Part shown: positions 29,416-39,383 of the stretch, one piece after another
How positions within the stretch are numbered: position 1 is the stretch's first letter
Layout: every line of letters begins with the position of its first letter
Assembly (NCBI GenBank): GCA_965199855.1
Contig: OZ241326.1
Span: 1,376,001 to 1,440,000 of the forward strand
Length of the DNA: 64,000 bases
Reading direction: 5' to 3'
Source of the DNA: a bacterium
Lineage (GTDB): Bacteria > UBA8248
Translations under genes and position numbers: made by a program
Notes under the pieces: model-generated
The model's input: the letters and a program-made list of their open reading frames with translations, nothing else
What the model was told of the DNA's origin: nothing
Database searches by the model: none

Positions 29416-30417
29416 ATGGCGGGTGAGAAGATTCGGCTGGCGGCCATCGGCCTCGCCAACTGGGGAGGCGTGCTGGCGAACGCCGCGAAGCGGGCGGGGA
29501 ACGTGGAAATTACGCGATGCTTCGCGCGAACGAAGGAGGCGCGGGAGGAGTTCGCCGCGAAGTTCGGGTGCCGTCCGGCGGAATCCTGTGAAGAAGTCCT
29601 GGAGGACGGCGAGGTGGAGGGCGTGCTCATCGCCACGCCCCATTCCACGCACGCGGAGCTGATCGCCGCCGCCGCGTCCGCGGGAAAGCACGTTTTCGTG
29701 GAGAAGCCGCTCGCCCTGCGGGTGGCCGACGCCGACAGGTGCATCGAAGCGGCGCGGCGCGCCGGCGTCGCGCTTCTCGTCGGGCACCACCGAAGGCGGC
29801 AGGGGGCGAACCGCAGAATAAGGAAGATGATCGACGAGGGCGCGCTGGGGATGGTTCACCTGCTGGAGGCGAATCTTTCCAACCCCAACGGGCAGAACCC
29901 CAGAAGCGGCTGGAGGAACGACCCGGAAGAATGCCCGGCGGGGGGCATGACGGGGCTGGGCGTCCACATGGTCGATAACCTCCAGTATCTGGGCGGCCCC
30001 GTGGGGCGCGTGAGCGCGTTCAGCAAGAAGCTGCTCGGCCGGGGGAATCTCGACGATGTGACGAGCGTCGTTCTCGAATACGAGAGCGGCCCGCTCGGCT
30101 GCGTTCACACCGCCTACGTCGTTCCCAAGCAGTGCTCGACGGCCGCCCACGGCACGGAGGCGTCCGCCTGGAGCGAGGACGAGGGAGAAAGGCTGTTTTT
30201 GCAGAAGAAGGACGAGGCCCGCCGCGCGGAGCTTCCCGTGGAGGGCGGCGACGCGCTCGCCGAGGAGCTGGAGGAGTTCGGGAGGTGCGTTCGGGGCGAG
30301 GCCGCGCCCGAGACGGGCGGCGAGGCGGCGAGGGAAGTCGTGGCCGTCCTGGAGGCGATTGTCGAGAGCGCGAGGAGCGGGCGCGTGGTCGAGGTTTCGG
30401 AATTCAGGGGACGCTGA
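29416..30417 (+). CDS. Gfo/Idh/MocA family oxidoreductase
   Basis: IATPHSTH, GKHVFVEKPLA, VGHHRR, GVHMVD. Confidence 0.88.
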   Translation: MAGEKIRLAAIGLANWGGVLANAAKRAGNVEITRCFARTKEAREEFAAKFGCRPAESCEEVLEDGEVEGVLIATPHSTHAELIAAAASAGKHVFVEKPLALRVADADRCIEAARRAGVALLVGHHRRRQGANRRIRKMIDEGALGMVHLLEANLSNPNGQNPRSGWRNDPEECPAGGMTGLGVHMVDNLQYLGGPVGRVSAFSKKLLGRGNLDDVTSVVLEYESGPLGCVHTAYVVPKQCSTAAHGTEASAWSEDEGERLFLQKKDEARRAELPVEGGDALAEELEEFGRCVRGEAAPETGGEAAREVVAVLEAIVESARSGRVVEVSEFRGR

Positions 30418-30419
30418 GC

Positions 30420-31448
30420 GTGGGCGGAAAAGGCGGGGAGGCGTGGGAGATCGGCGGGGTGGAGGTCGCGCCGGGCGCGCGCGAATACCTGGAAATTCCC
30501 GTGGCGCGAATGCTCACAGGCTCCGAGACGCGCCTGCCCCTGCATTGCGTGAGAGGGGCGAAGCCGGGCCCCGCGCTTTCCCTTCTGGCGTGCGTGCACG
30601 GGGATGAGCCGCAGCCGATTCGCGCGCTTCGGGACGTTCTGGCGCAGATCGATCCCCGGCGCCTGCGGGGCGCCCTGCGGATCGTTCCGGTGGCGAACCC
30701 TTTCGCGTTCTCGAACTTCTCGCGCCAGTCGCCGGATCAGCACGAGCAGACGAACCTTTGGGGCGCGTTTCCGGGCTCCGCCGGGGGAACGCTGACGCAG
30801 CGCTACGCCGCCAAAATTCGGGAAGTCCTGATGGAGGACGCCGACTTCTTCGTCGAGTTCCACTCCGGCGGAGCGGCGGGGAGAATTCAGAGGCGCGTCG
30901 ACGCGGACCCGCGCCTCAAGGGCCCGGTCGGCGAAAAGTCGCGCCGGATGGCGATCGCCTTCGCCAGCGGGGGCGCGGGCATGGCGCACGGCGTCCCTGC
31001 CGGCGCGTCGAGCGCCTCGGGCTGCGCGATCTCGCGGAAGCTGCCCGCCATCAGCGTTGAGATCGGCGGCGCCTATCTGCCCGAATCCGAGGAGAATCTC
31101 TATCGGGCCTGCCTGGAGAAGGGTCTTTTGAACCTCCTCGTTCATCTCGGCATGATTCCGGGAAGAGAGAAAAGGACGAAAATCACCTGGTTCGACTTCG
31201 CCCGCCGCGTCGAGGCGAACCCCTCGAGCGGCGGGTATCTGCTCTCGCGGAAAACGCTCTTCTCCGACCTGGGCAAGAAGGTGAGGAAAGGAGAGCTGCT
31301 GGGCGAGATGCTGGACCCCTTTCGGCTGGAGGTGATGGAGGAGTTGCGGAGCCCGGCCGACGGGGTTCTCTTTTTCAGCAGGTGCAGCGGGCCGGTCGAG
31401 GCGGGGAACAAGGGCTTCGCCGTCGCCGCGGAATATCAGAGAATATAG
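30420..31448 (+). CDS. Succinylglutamate desuccinylase/aspartoacylase (M14) family
   Basis: VHGDE, VPVANP, FPG..GTLTQR, EFHSGG, VEIGG, C-terminal biotinyl-like domain. Confidence 0.82.
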   Translation: MGGKGGEAWEIGGVEVAPGAREYLEIPVARMLTGSETRLPLHCVRGAKPGPALSLLACVHGDEPQPIRALRDVLAQIDPRRLRGALRIVPVANPFAFSNFSRQSPDQHEQTNLWGAFPGSAGGTLTQRYAAKIREVLMEDADFFVEFHSGGAAGRIQRRVDADPRLKGPVGEKSRRMAIAFASGGAGMAHGVPAGASSASGCAISRKLPAISVEIGGAYLPESEENLYRACLEKGLLNLLVHLGMIPGREKRTKITWFDFARRVEANPSSGGYLLSRKTLFSDLGKKVRKGELLGEMLDPFRLEVMEELRSPADGVLFFSRCSGPVEAGNKGFAVAAEYQRI

Positions 31449-31535
31449 GCCGCTCCGCTTCGGGAGTCCGCGCGGAGCCCGAGCCGCTCATCCGCGGCGC
31501 CTCATTTGAGCAGCCATGGGAGGAAGCGAAAGAAA

Positions 31536-31979
31536 ATGCCTTTCTACGATCCCGAAAAGATGGAGCAGAGACTGGCCGGCGCGAGCTACAGCACCTCCGA
31601 GGGCGCGTGGGTCGATGGCGAGCGCATCATCTTCGGCGTCATCAACAAGCCCGCCGGCACGGGCAGCAGGCCGCACCGCCACCCGAACGAGCAGTTCATT
31701 CTCGTCCAGCAGGGCCGCCTGAAGGCGATGATCGAGGACGAGCGGAAAACCGTCGGCGGGGGCGGCATCATCCACATCCCGGCGAACGCGCTCCACAGCA
31801 TGGTGGCCGAGGACGACGAGGACGTCATTTTCGTCGTGGCGAAGGACACGACCTGGCAGATCGAGGGAGTCGCCGAGGATGATTCCTCCTACGGCGCGCA
31901 TATCGGCGAGGGGGCGAGCGCGAGCGTCGCCGCCCGGTTCCGGGCGATTGCCGAAAAAGGCCCCGAATCGACCGGATAG
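31536..31979 (+). CDS. Cupin domain protein
   Basis: PHRHPNEQ...HIPANALH. Confidence 0.85.
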   Translation: MPFYDPEKMEQRLAGASYSTSEGAWVDGERIIFGVINKPAGTGSRPHRHPNEQFILVQQGRLKAMIEDERKTVGGGGIIHIPANALHSMVAEDDEDVIFVVAKDTTWQIEGVAEDDSSYGAHIGEGASASVAARFRAIAEKGPESTG

Positions 31980-32242
31980 CGGCGCCCCCCGGAAAACGCT
32001 GATCGCCCCCCGGCGGGGAAGGGGGAAATCCCGTGAGCAGCGGGAAGAAAGCGACCTCGCTTCCCGCTTCATCGCAAAAGAGCGGGACTCCCGCCGGGAT
32101 TTTGACTTGAAAATCCGTTTTTGCAAGAATGGGGCGATCTCGGAGCGGGCCCCGGGCGGAGCGGAGGGTTCCGCGGGCTTGGCATGGGATGAAGCGGCGC
32201 GTCGAAGCGCTTTGAATTTCGCGGGAGCTGGGAGGCTGGCTG

Positions 32243-33112
32243 ATGGCCACGGCGACGGATGAAATCAGAAGGGACGACGTAAAACTGCCCACGGAATACA
32301 CCGCCCAGGAAAGAATCTGGATGTGGATACGGGACAACGTCCCGAGTTTCATCGCGGTGCTCGTGATCTGGGAGGGCATCGCCTGGTTCGTGGGCGAGCC
32401 CGCGCTGTTTCCGCGCGTCTTCCCCATTCTGCACCGCTTCTACGAGGTCACCTTCCTGAAGTCCGGCGATACCGCGTGCGTTCTCTGCGTGCACTCCTAC
32501 CACACCGCCTGGCGGATTCTGGTGGGCATGGTCATCGCCGGCTTCGTGGGCATCGCCATCGGCATCGCCATGGGCCGCGTCGGCTGGTTCGAGAAGTTCA
32601 TGATTCCCATCCTGAGCATGCTCCTGCCCATCCCGGCGCTGGCCTGGAGTCCGATTCTCGTGCTGTGGTTCGGCCTCGGCAACACCACCATGATTTTCAT
32701 CACCGCGTTCGCCGCGGCGCTTCCCGCCATCTCCTCCACCTGGACGGGGGTGAAGACCATCAATCCGGTCTGGATACGGGCGGCGAAGTCGATGAACGCC
32801 GAGGGGATGACCCTGTTCTGGAAGGTCATTTTTCCGGGTTCGCTGCCCTTCATCCTCTCGGGTATCCGCATCGGCCTGGCGCGCGCCTGGCGCGCCGGCA
32901 TCGCCGGCGAGATGGTCGCCGCGAGCGACTGGGGGCTGGGCTACGCCATCTTCGACAGCCGGGAGGATCTCGATACGGCCTTCATGCTGGTGGGAATCGC
33001 GGCCATCGCCCTGGTCGGGTTCGTGATGGAGAAGTTCATCTTCGAGAAATTCGAGAAGGTGACCGTCGTGAAGTGGGGCATGATGGAGGAGGTGGGCGGT
33101 CAGCGGAAATAG
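32243..33112 (+). CDS. NitT/TauT-type ABC transporter permease
   Basis: PIPALAWSP, EAA-like loop RAAKSMNA, LPFILSGIRIG, GEMVAA..GLG. Confidence 0.88.
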   Translation: MATATDEIRRDDVKLPTEYTAQERIWMWIRDNVPSFIAVLVIWEGIAWFVGEPALFPRVFPILHRFYEVTFLKSGDTACVLCVHSYHTAWRILVGMVIAGFVGIAIGIAMGRVGWFEKFMIPILSMLLPIPALAWSPILVLWFGLGNTTMIFITAFAAALPAISSTWTGVKTINPVWIRAAKSMNAEGMTLFWKVIFPGSLPFILSGIRIGLARAWRAGIAGEMVAASDWGLGYAIFDSREDLDTAFMLVGIAAIALVGFVMEKFIFEKFEKVTVVKWGMMEEVGGQRK

Positions 33113-33142
33113 TCGATAAAGTCCCGGCGCAAGCGGACGACG

Positions 33143-33179
33143 AAAGGCCGGCCCCGAGCGGGGCCGGCCTTTTCGTTTT
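33143..33179 (+). terminator. Intrinsic terminator after permease
   Basis: AAAGGCCGGCCCCG-ag-CGGGGCCGGCCTTT hairpin followed by T-rich tract. Confidence 0.75.
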
Positions 33180-33202
33180 CGGGACGGCGCGTTTCGCGCC
33201 GC

Positions 33203-33227
33203 GTCATTCCGGCGGAGGCCGGAATCC
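33203..33227. repeat. GTCATTCC-type extragenic palindrome
   Basis: GTCATTCCGGCGGAGGCCGGAATCC; near-identical copy at 54596-54620. Confidence 0.7.
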
Positions 33228-33355
33228 GGCGTTTTTCGCCGGTACTGGCGCGCGGCTTTCGCCGCGACGACGATGAAGACCGGCGAATTTTTCAACGGGC
33301 TTCAGGATCAGGGAATGCCGTCGCTTTCGTGGATTTTCGAGGCGCGGGCGGCGCG

Positions 33356-34108
33356 CTAGTTGCCGCGCACCGCCTCGGTCGCCTGGTGTTCGAGGTCCAC
33401 CACCTTGGGGTCGAACGGGTCCCTGGGCCGGGGGATATCCACCCGGATCTCCTTGTGAACCTGTCCCGGCTGGCCCGCGAGAACGATGATTCGGTCGGCG
33501 AGATAGACCGCCTCGCTGAGGTTGTGCGTGACGTAGAAGATGGTTTTCTTCGTCTTCTCCCACACCTCGACCGTCAGCGACTGGAGGTTCTCCCGCGTCT
33601 GCGCGTCGAGGGCGCCGAAGGGCTCGTCCATCAGCATGAACTGCGGCTCGTAGGCGTAGGCCCGCGCCACGGCGACGCGCTGCTTCATGCCGCCCGAGAG
33701 GTTGTGGGGGTAGAGATGGGTGAATTTCTCGAGGTGGACGAGCGACAGATACTCCTGCGCCTTTTTCGCGCGCTCCGCTTTGCTCAGGCCCTTCATCTCC
33801 AGGCCGAACTCGACGTTTCTGAGCGCCGTGCGCCACGGAAAAAGGGCGTATTCCTGAAAAACGACGCCCCGGTTCATGCGGCCTTCCTCCGAGATGGGCT
33901 TGCCGTCCAGCAGGATGGAGCCGGCCGTGTGCTCCAGGAAGCCGGCCAGGATGTTCAGCAGGGTGGTCTTGCCGCAGCCGGAAAGCCCGACGACGCAGAG
34001 GAACTCGCCGTCCTGGATGTCGAGGTTGATGTTCTCGAGGGCGTGCACCCTCCTGTCCTTCAGATAGTATTCCATGTGCAGGTTCTTGATGCTCACTTTT
34101 ACTGGCAT
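33356..34108 (-). CDS. NitT/TauT-type ABC transporter ATP-binding protein
   Basis: GLSGCGKTT Walker A, VFQEYALFPW, LSGGMKQRV, LMDEPFGALD. Confidence 0.93.
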   Translation of the reverse strand: MPVKVSIKNLHMEYYLKDRRVHALENINLDIQDGEFLCVVGLSGCGKTTLLNILAGFLEHTAGSILLDGKPISEEGRMNRGVVFQEYALFPWRTALRNVEFGLEMKGLSKAERAKKAQEYLSLVHLEKFTHLYPHNLSGGMKQRVAVARAYAYEPQFMLMDEPFGALDAQTRENLQSLTVEVWEKTKKTIFYVTHNLSEAVYLADRIIVLAGQPGQVHKEIRVDIPRPRDPFDPKVVDLEHQATEAVRGN

Positions 34109-34235
34109 GTCGTCCGGTCCTTCTGATAATGCCCGATGACGGCTTCGGCGCCGGCCCTCCGCTGTGAGAGGGGAAGATACCGCAGATGCTTCGCCCGCGT
34201 CAATTCCGCCGCGCGCTTCGGTTCGCTTCGGCGGC

Positions 34236-34994
34236 TCAATGGAAAACGGCGAGCGCCTTCGCGTTCATCGAGACGAGGACGACGCCCATGACGAACAGAG
34301 CCGCCGTGACGATTCGGAAGAACGCCTTGTCCGTGAATGCGCCGTATATCCTCGTGCCGACGAAGAAGCCGAGCAGCACGGGCGCCGTCAGCGCGAGGAT
34401 GAGCCAGAGCGCCGTCGGGCCGATGAAGCCCGCGGCCCAGATGGAGGCGATCGCCGCGACGCGAAGAACGACCTGGCTGGCACTCAGCACGAACAGATAG
34501 CGCTCCTTGGAGACGTTCATGCCCGTGAGGTAGGCGGCGATGACGTGGGAGGGGATGTTGATGGTTCCCAGCATCAGACCGGCGACCGCGCCCATGCCCA
34601 GGGAGCGCCTGAGAGAAGCCTCGGGCGCCTTCTTTTCGGGACGCAGCCATTGCCAGAGGAGCTGGCAGATGAGAAAGGCCCCCAGAATGAACTTCATCAG
34701 CCGGGGGTCGGCGTTCAGAAGCGCGGCGAGGCCGACGGCCAGGCCCGCCAGACTCGTCACGAAGAAGGGAAGGAAGGGGCGAAGCCCTTCTCGGACGGCG
34801 CCTCGCGTTCGCCAGGCGTTCATGAGGCTCGTGCAGAGGGTGGGGATGGAGATGACGGCGATGGCCGTGGGCACGTCCCAGAAGAGGGCGACGGCGGGCG
34901 TCGTCAGGGTGGCGAAGCCGAAGCCGCCCACCGCCTTCAGCCCCGAGCCGACGAAGGCGGCGCAGAAAACGAAGAGGAAGGCCAGGGAAGTCAA
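34236..34994 (-). CDS. Sulfite exporter TauE/SafE family membrane protein
   Basis: GLKAVGGFGFA N-terminal motif, multiple TM helices; start (TTG) uncertain. Confidence 0.8.
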   Translation of the reverse strand: MTSLAFLFVFCAAFVGSGLKAVGGFGFATLTTPAVALFWDVPTAIAVISIPTLCTSLMNAWRTRGAVREGLRPFLPFFVTSLAGLAVGLAALLNADPRLMKFILGAFLICQLLWQWLRPEKKAPEASLRRSLGMGAVAGLMLGTINIPSHVIAAYLTGMNVSKERYLFVLSASQVVLRVAAIASIWAAGFIGPTALWLILALTAPVLLGFFVGTRIYGAFTDKAFFRIVTAALFVMGVVLVSMNAKALAVFH

Positions 34995-35283
34995 GGCGGC
35001 TCCGTTGAGGTGAATTTCACGCGCCGCCCGAACGCGCGCTCGAAGGGCGCCTTGCGGGACGCGGGGAAATCCATAAATACGGCGCCCGTCTTGACGCCGC
35101 CGCGATGATGTCGGCATTATAGCGGCCAATCCTGGCCGCGGGAAACTTGGAAGGCTCTTTTGCCGCTCTGGCCGCTGAGCCGGGTTGCTCGCGCGTCCGG
35201 TATGCCGGGCGCCGCTTCTCGCGGGTCGGCGTGGCGCCCGACCCCCCGCTCGCCTGCGAATCGGGAGGCGCTTTTTCGTGGGA

Positions 35284-36258
35284 ATGACCTTCAGCCTGCA
35301 TCTGGTGCCGGACGACGTCCGGCTCCTGGCGGAGCGCGCGAAATACGCCGAGGACAACGGCTTCGCCCAGGTATGGATAGCGGAGAGCCACCTCACCTGC
35401 CGGGATCACAACGTCGCGCTCGCCCTGGCCATCGAGCGGACGGAGAGGGTGAAAATCGGCCCGGGCGTGACGAATCCGGTGCTGCACGACGACAGCGTGG
35501 CGGCGAGCGCCATCGCCACGCTGGACGAACTCTCGGGAGGCCGCGTCCTCTTCGGCATCGGCTCGGGGGATACGCCCGTCTATACGCTGGGGAAGAAGAT
35601 GGCGAGGCTCGCCCGGATGCGTCAGTCCATCGCGGACATTCGCGCCTTCACGCGCGGCGAGACGGTGGAATACGCCGAGGGCGTCCGCGTGAAAATGTGG
35701 TGCGCGCGGGAGATTCCCATCTACACCTCCGCCGAAGGCCCCAGGACGCTGGCCATGTCCGGCGAGATCGCCGACGGCGTTCTCGTGGGCTCGGGCGTCT
35801 ATAAAGAGACCGTGGAATGGGTCTTGAGGCATCTGAACGAGGGGGTGGCGAACCGGGACGCCTCCCTGGGCGATCCGGACGTCGTTTTCTGCGCCGTCGC
35901 CTCCGTGGACAGGGACGGCGCGCGCGCGCGGGAGAAGGTGCGGGCGCGGGTGGCGAACCGCGCGCACCACAACTTCCGCATGACGCTCGACTCGGTTCCC
36001 GAGGCGTTCAAGCCCGAAATCCGGAACCTCCTGGCCAACTTCGACGTGAGCAACTGGCGCGACCCGAAGCACGTCCCCCTCATCACCGACTACATTCTGG
36101 ATCGCTTCACCATCACGGGAACGCCCGAGGCGTGCGTGGAGCGCATCAAGGAGATTGAATCCTGCGGGGTGAGGAGCATCATGATCGATCCCCCGGTGCA
36201 GGATTTCGACGAGTCGCTCAGAATGTTCGCCGAGGAGGTTTTGCCCAGGTGCGTATGA
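35284..36258 (+). CDS. LLM-class flavin/F420-dependent oxidoreductase (Mer-like)
   Basis: IGPGVTNP, ATLDELSGGR..GIGSGD, AEGPRTL..GEIADG. Confidence 0.85.
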   Translation: MTFSLHLVPDDVRLLAERAKYAEDNGFAQVWIAESHLTCRDHNVALALAIERTERVKIGPGVTNPVLHDDSVAASAIATLDELSGGRVLFGIGSGDTPVYTLGKKMARLARMRQSIADIRAFTRGETVEYAEGVRVKMWCAREIPIYTSAEGPRTLAMSGEIADGVLVGSGVYKETVEWVLRHLNEGVANRDASLGDPDVVFCAVASVDRDGARAREKVRARVANRAHHNFRMTLDSVPEAFKPEIRNLLANFDVSNWRDPKHVPLITDYILDRFTITGTPEACVERIKEIESCGVRSIMIDPPVQDFDESLRMFAEEVLPRCV

Positions 36259-36316
36259 GCGCGCCGCCGGCGATCGCTTCGCTCACGCTCCCGTCTCTCG
36301 CATAAAGGATTCCAGA

Positions 36317-36715
36317 ATGGCGCAGATACCCGATTCCCACGCCGGCATTCTCGACACCAAGGCGCTTCTGCATCTGGGCACGCAGAACAAGGACGGATCG
36401 CCCCAGGTTTCTCCCGTCTGGTTCGGCATGAACGGCGATCTCATCGAGATCAATTCGGCCAGGGGGCGCCTGAAGGACGTCAACATGCGCGCCCGCCCCC
36501 GGGTGTCGATGGCCGTCGTCGATCCGGAGAATCCCTATCGATGGCTGGGCATTCAGGGCGTGGTGGTCGAAATCACCGAAAACGGGGCGGAGGAGCACAT
36601 CGACGCCCTGGCGAAGAAGTATCTGAACGTGGACTCCTACCCCAACCGCCAGCCTGGCCAGACGCGCGTCATCTACCGCATACGGGCGAACAAGGTGTTC
36701 ACCATGGGAGCGTAG
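36317..36715 (+). CDS. PPOX-class F420-dependent oxidoreductase
   Basis: DGSPQVSPVWF, K..NM..RPRV, DPENPYRW, HIDALAKKY. Confidence 0.88.
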   Translation: MAQIPDSHAGILDTKALLHLGTQNKDGSPQVSPVWFGMNGDLIEINSARGRLKDVNMRARPRVSMAVVDPENPYRWLGIQGVVVEITENGAEEHIDALAKKYLNVDSYPNRQPGQTRVIYRIRANKVFTMGA

Positions 36716-36768
36716 GCCGCCCCCCCGGGGGCCCGAGGCTTTCACAATACGGGATGGAGACCTGAAGG

Positions 36769-37824
36769 ATGAAGTTTTCGCTTTTCTATATTCCGGCGTG
36801 CCAGGAGGGCGAAGCCTACCAGCGCGAGTTCGAGCGGCTGATCGAGCAGTGCGAGGCCGCGGACGAGCTCGGCTACGAGGCCGTGTTCCTCGCCGAGCAC
36901 CACTTCTCCCGCGTGGGGATGTGCCCGGACGCGCTCATGGTCGCCCTCGCCATCGCGCAGAGGACGAAGAAAATCAGAATCGGCACCGCCATCTGCATCA
37001 TGCCCTTTCACAATCCGGTGCGCCTCGCCGAGCAGGCCGCCCTCGTGGACGTGCTGAGCGGCGGGCGCCTGGAGCTCGGCGTCGGCCGGGGGTCCCAGCC
37101 CAGGGAGTTCCAGGGCTTCGACGTTTCCCCCACCGACAGCAGAGAGAAGATGCAGGAAGGCCTCGAGGTGCTCACCCGCCTCCTGGAGGGGCAGCGCCTC
37201 ACCTTCCGGGGCAGGCACTACAGCTGCGTCGACGCGGAGATTTTCCCCAAGCCCATCCAGGAGCCGCGCCCCCCCGTCTGGCTGGCGGGTACCAGCCCCG
37301 AAACCTACGTCTTCGCCGGCCGGAAGGGGTTCAACATCATGGCCTCGGGCACCTTCAAGGGGCCGGAAGCCTATCTGGAGAAAATGGCGCTGTTTCGGGA
37401 GGCCGTGAGGAACCGGGGAGGCGACCCGGATGCGTATCCCTCCATCATGGCGCATCACGTTCACGTCTGCGACGACCCCGAGCGCGCCTGGAGCCAGATC
37501 GAGCCGTCGGAGTCCTGGTATCTCTCCTACCGCAGCGCGGTGAACTCCATCGAGATGTCCCTCGAGGAGAAGGAGGCTCTCAGGCGCAACTGGAGCTACG
37601 ACGTCAACATCCGCGAGGTCATCGAGGGCGGCGGCGTCATCGGCCCGCCGGAGAAGGTGATCGCCGACCTCAAGCGGCTCCGGTCGGAATTCAGGGTGAA
37701 CCACGTCATGATTTTCGCGCTGCGGGGCATCGCCCAGGACGAGGCGATTCTCTCCATCGAGAGGTTCGCCAGAGAGGTGATGCCCGCGTTCCGGGAGGAG
37801 CGCGCGGCGGCGGCGAGTGAATAG
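36769..37824 (+). CDS. Luciferase-like monooxygenase (LLM class)
   Basis: LAEHHF, PVRLAEQAALVDVLSGGRLELGVGRG, PKPIQEPRPPVW. Confidence 0.9.
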   Translation: MKFSLFYIPACQEGEAYQREFERLIEQCEAADELGYEAVFLAEHHFSRVGMCPDALMVALAIAQRTKKIRIGTAICIMPFHNPVRLAEQAALVDVLSGGRLELGVGRGSQPREFQGFDVSPTDSREKMQEGLEVLTRLLEGQRLTFRGRHYSCVDAEIFPKPIQEPRPPVWLAGTSPETYVFAGRKGFNIMASGTFKGPEAYLEKMALFREAVRNRGGDPDAYPSIMAHHVHVCDDPERAWSQIEPSESWYLSYRSAVNSIEMSLEEKEALRRNWSYDVNIREVIEGGGVIGPPEKVIADLKRLRSEFRVNHVMIFALRGIAQDEAILSIERFAREVMPAFREERAAAASE

Positions 37825-37848
37825 CATCCGCGTGGAGGAGAACGGAGA

Positions 37849-38448
37849 ATGTGGATATCCCCTTTGAGGCCGAGCGAGGCGGAGGAGCCCGCGAAAGGGA
37901 TACTCGAGGGCGTCCGGGAGAAGAGAGGCGCCGTGCCCAAGCTGCTGCTCACCATGGCGCGCCGCCCCGGGGTGCTGAACGGGCGCCAGACGATGAACGC
38001 GGCCGTCCACGGCGGCAATTCGACCCTGGGGAGAAGGCGCGAGGAGCTGCTCTCCTACTACGTCGCCACCATCGGGGGCTGCTACGGCTGAACGATGAAC
38101 CACGGCCAGGCTTTCCGTGCTGAAAGCGGCGACGACGTTACGCTGGCCGACGTGGCCGGCGCGGTGACGGACGCGGAGAATTCTCCGGCGCTGGACGACG
38201 CCGACAGGGCGATGCTCGCCTTCGCCGAGAAGCTCACGTTCGATCACCACTCGATGAGCGAGGCGGATCTGGACGCCCTGCGCGAGGCGGGCTTCAGCGA
38301 GGAGAACGCGCTGGACATCATCGCCTCCGTGTCCTATCGAAACATGAGCAACCGGCTGAATCTGGCCCTCGGCATGGACGCCGTGGAGCCCGAAGGCCCC
38401 GACGAGCTGATGGAGGCCGTTCGCTTCGCCCGCGCCGCGCGCGCCTGA
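37849..38448 (+). CDS. AhpD/carboxymuconolactone decarboxylase-like peroxidase-related protein, probable selenoprotein (UGA=Sec at 38089-38091)
   Basis: ORFs 37849-38091 and 38095-38448 are in frame; read-through gives E..LS..VA..GGC-Y-G-U-T-M-N-H matching CxxC-xxx-H; C-half has AMLAFAEKLT, LREAGFSEE, NMSNRL. Confidence 0.85.
38105..38130 (+). promoter_or_regulatory. Putative bacterial SECIS stem-loop
   Basis: GCC-ag-GCTTTC-cgtgct-GAAAGC-GGC; G-containing apical loop starts 24 nt after the TGA. Confidence 0.65.
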
Positions 38449-38568
38449 ACGCCGCATTTTCCGCCGCCGGCCCGGCGCGCCCGGGCCGGCGATTCCCGGG
38501 CGATAATCGCCGCCGTTCGCTCGCCGGGCTTTCCCGCGAAGCGAACCCAGCCAGAAAGGACGCGCTCC

Positions 38569-39339
38569 ATGCCAGACCTCGCCATCCGGCCGCTGAACTG
38601 CGGCACCATCCACACGGACTACTCCAACATGGTGTATTGGACGAATTTCGGGACGAAGCTGGCGATTCCCTCGTTCATCTACATGATCGAGGGGGCGAAG
38701 GATCGCGACGGCAGGGACGTGAAAGTCGTGGTGGACACCAGCTTCCTCGACCCCGAGCGCGGCGGCGCCCCCTGGCCCGCCAGCCGGGAGCCGGGCCAGG
38801 GCGTGCGGGAGCAGCTCGAGGGGGCGGGCTGGAAGCCCGAGGAGGTGGACGTCCTCATTCTCACCCACCTGCACTGGGATCATTCCCAGAACTGCGATCT
38901 GTTCACCAACGCGGTCAAATACGTGTGGGCGGAGGAGCTGCAGTATTCCGTCTGTCCCGTCGCGCTCCAGGCGAAGCCCTACGACGCGCCGATTCACCCC
39001 AACACGCGCTGGCCGATGGTCGCGCAGCAGGGCATCATCTTCGAGCCGATCTGGACGGACGATTTCGAGATCGTGCCGGGCGTCACCTATTTCCACACGC
39101 CGGGACACACGCCGGGGCACTGCTCCGTCGCCGTGGAGACGCGCGTGGGCACCTACGTGATCGCCGCCGACGTGATTCAGATTCAGGAGGGGCTCGAGCG
39201 CCGCGTCCCCGCCGGCCAGATGTCGAGCATGAGGGACGCGATGGACTCCATCTGGAAGTGCATCAACCGGGCGACGAAGGAGGAATACATCCTGCCCGGG
39301 CACGAGGCGTCCGTCCTGGAGAAGGAAGTGTATCCCTGA
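38569..39339 (+). CDS. N-acyl homoserine lactonase-like metallo-beta-lactamase fold hydrolase
   Basis: THLHWDH, TPGHTPGH, IAAD, LPGHE. Confidence 0.85.
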   Translation: MPDLAIRPLNCGTIHTDYSNMVYWTNFGTKLAIPSFIYMIEGAKDRDGRDVKVVVDTSFLDPERGGAPWPASREPGQGVREQLEGAGWKPEEVDVLILTHLHWDHSQNCDLFTNAVKYVWAEELQYSVCPVALQAKPYDAPIHPNTRWPMVAQQGIIFEPIWTDDFEIVPGVTYFHTPGHTPGHCSVAVETRVGTYVIAADVIQIQEGLERRVPAGQMSSMRDAMDSIWKCINRATKEEYILPGHEASVLEKEVYP

Positions 39340-39383
39340 CCGGCCCGAGGGCGCGGGCCGGGCCGCTTTGGAGGAGATTCCCG

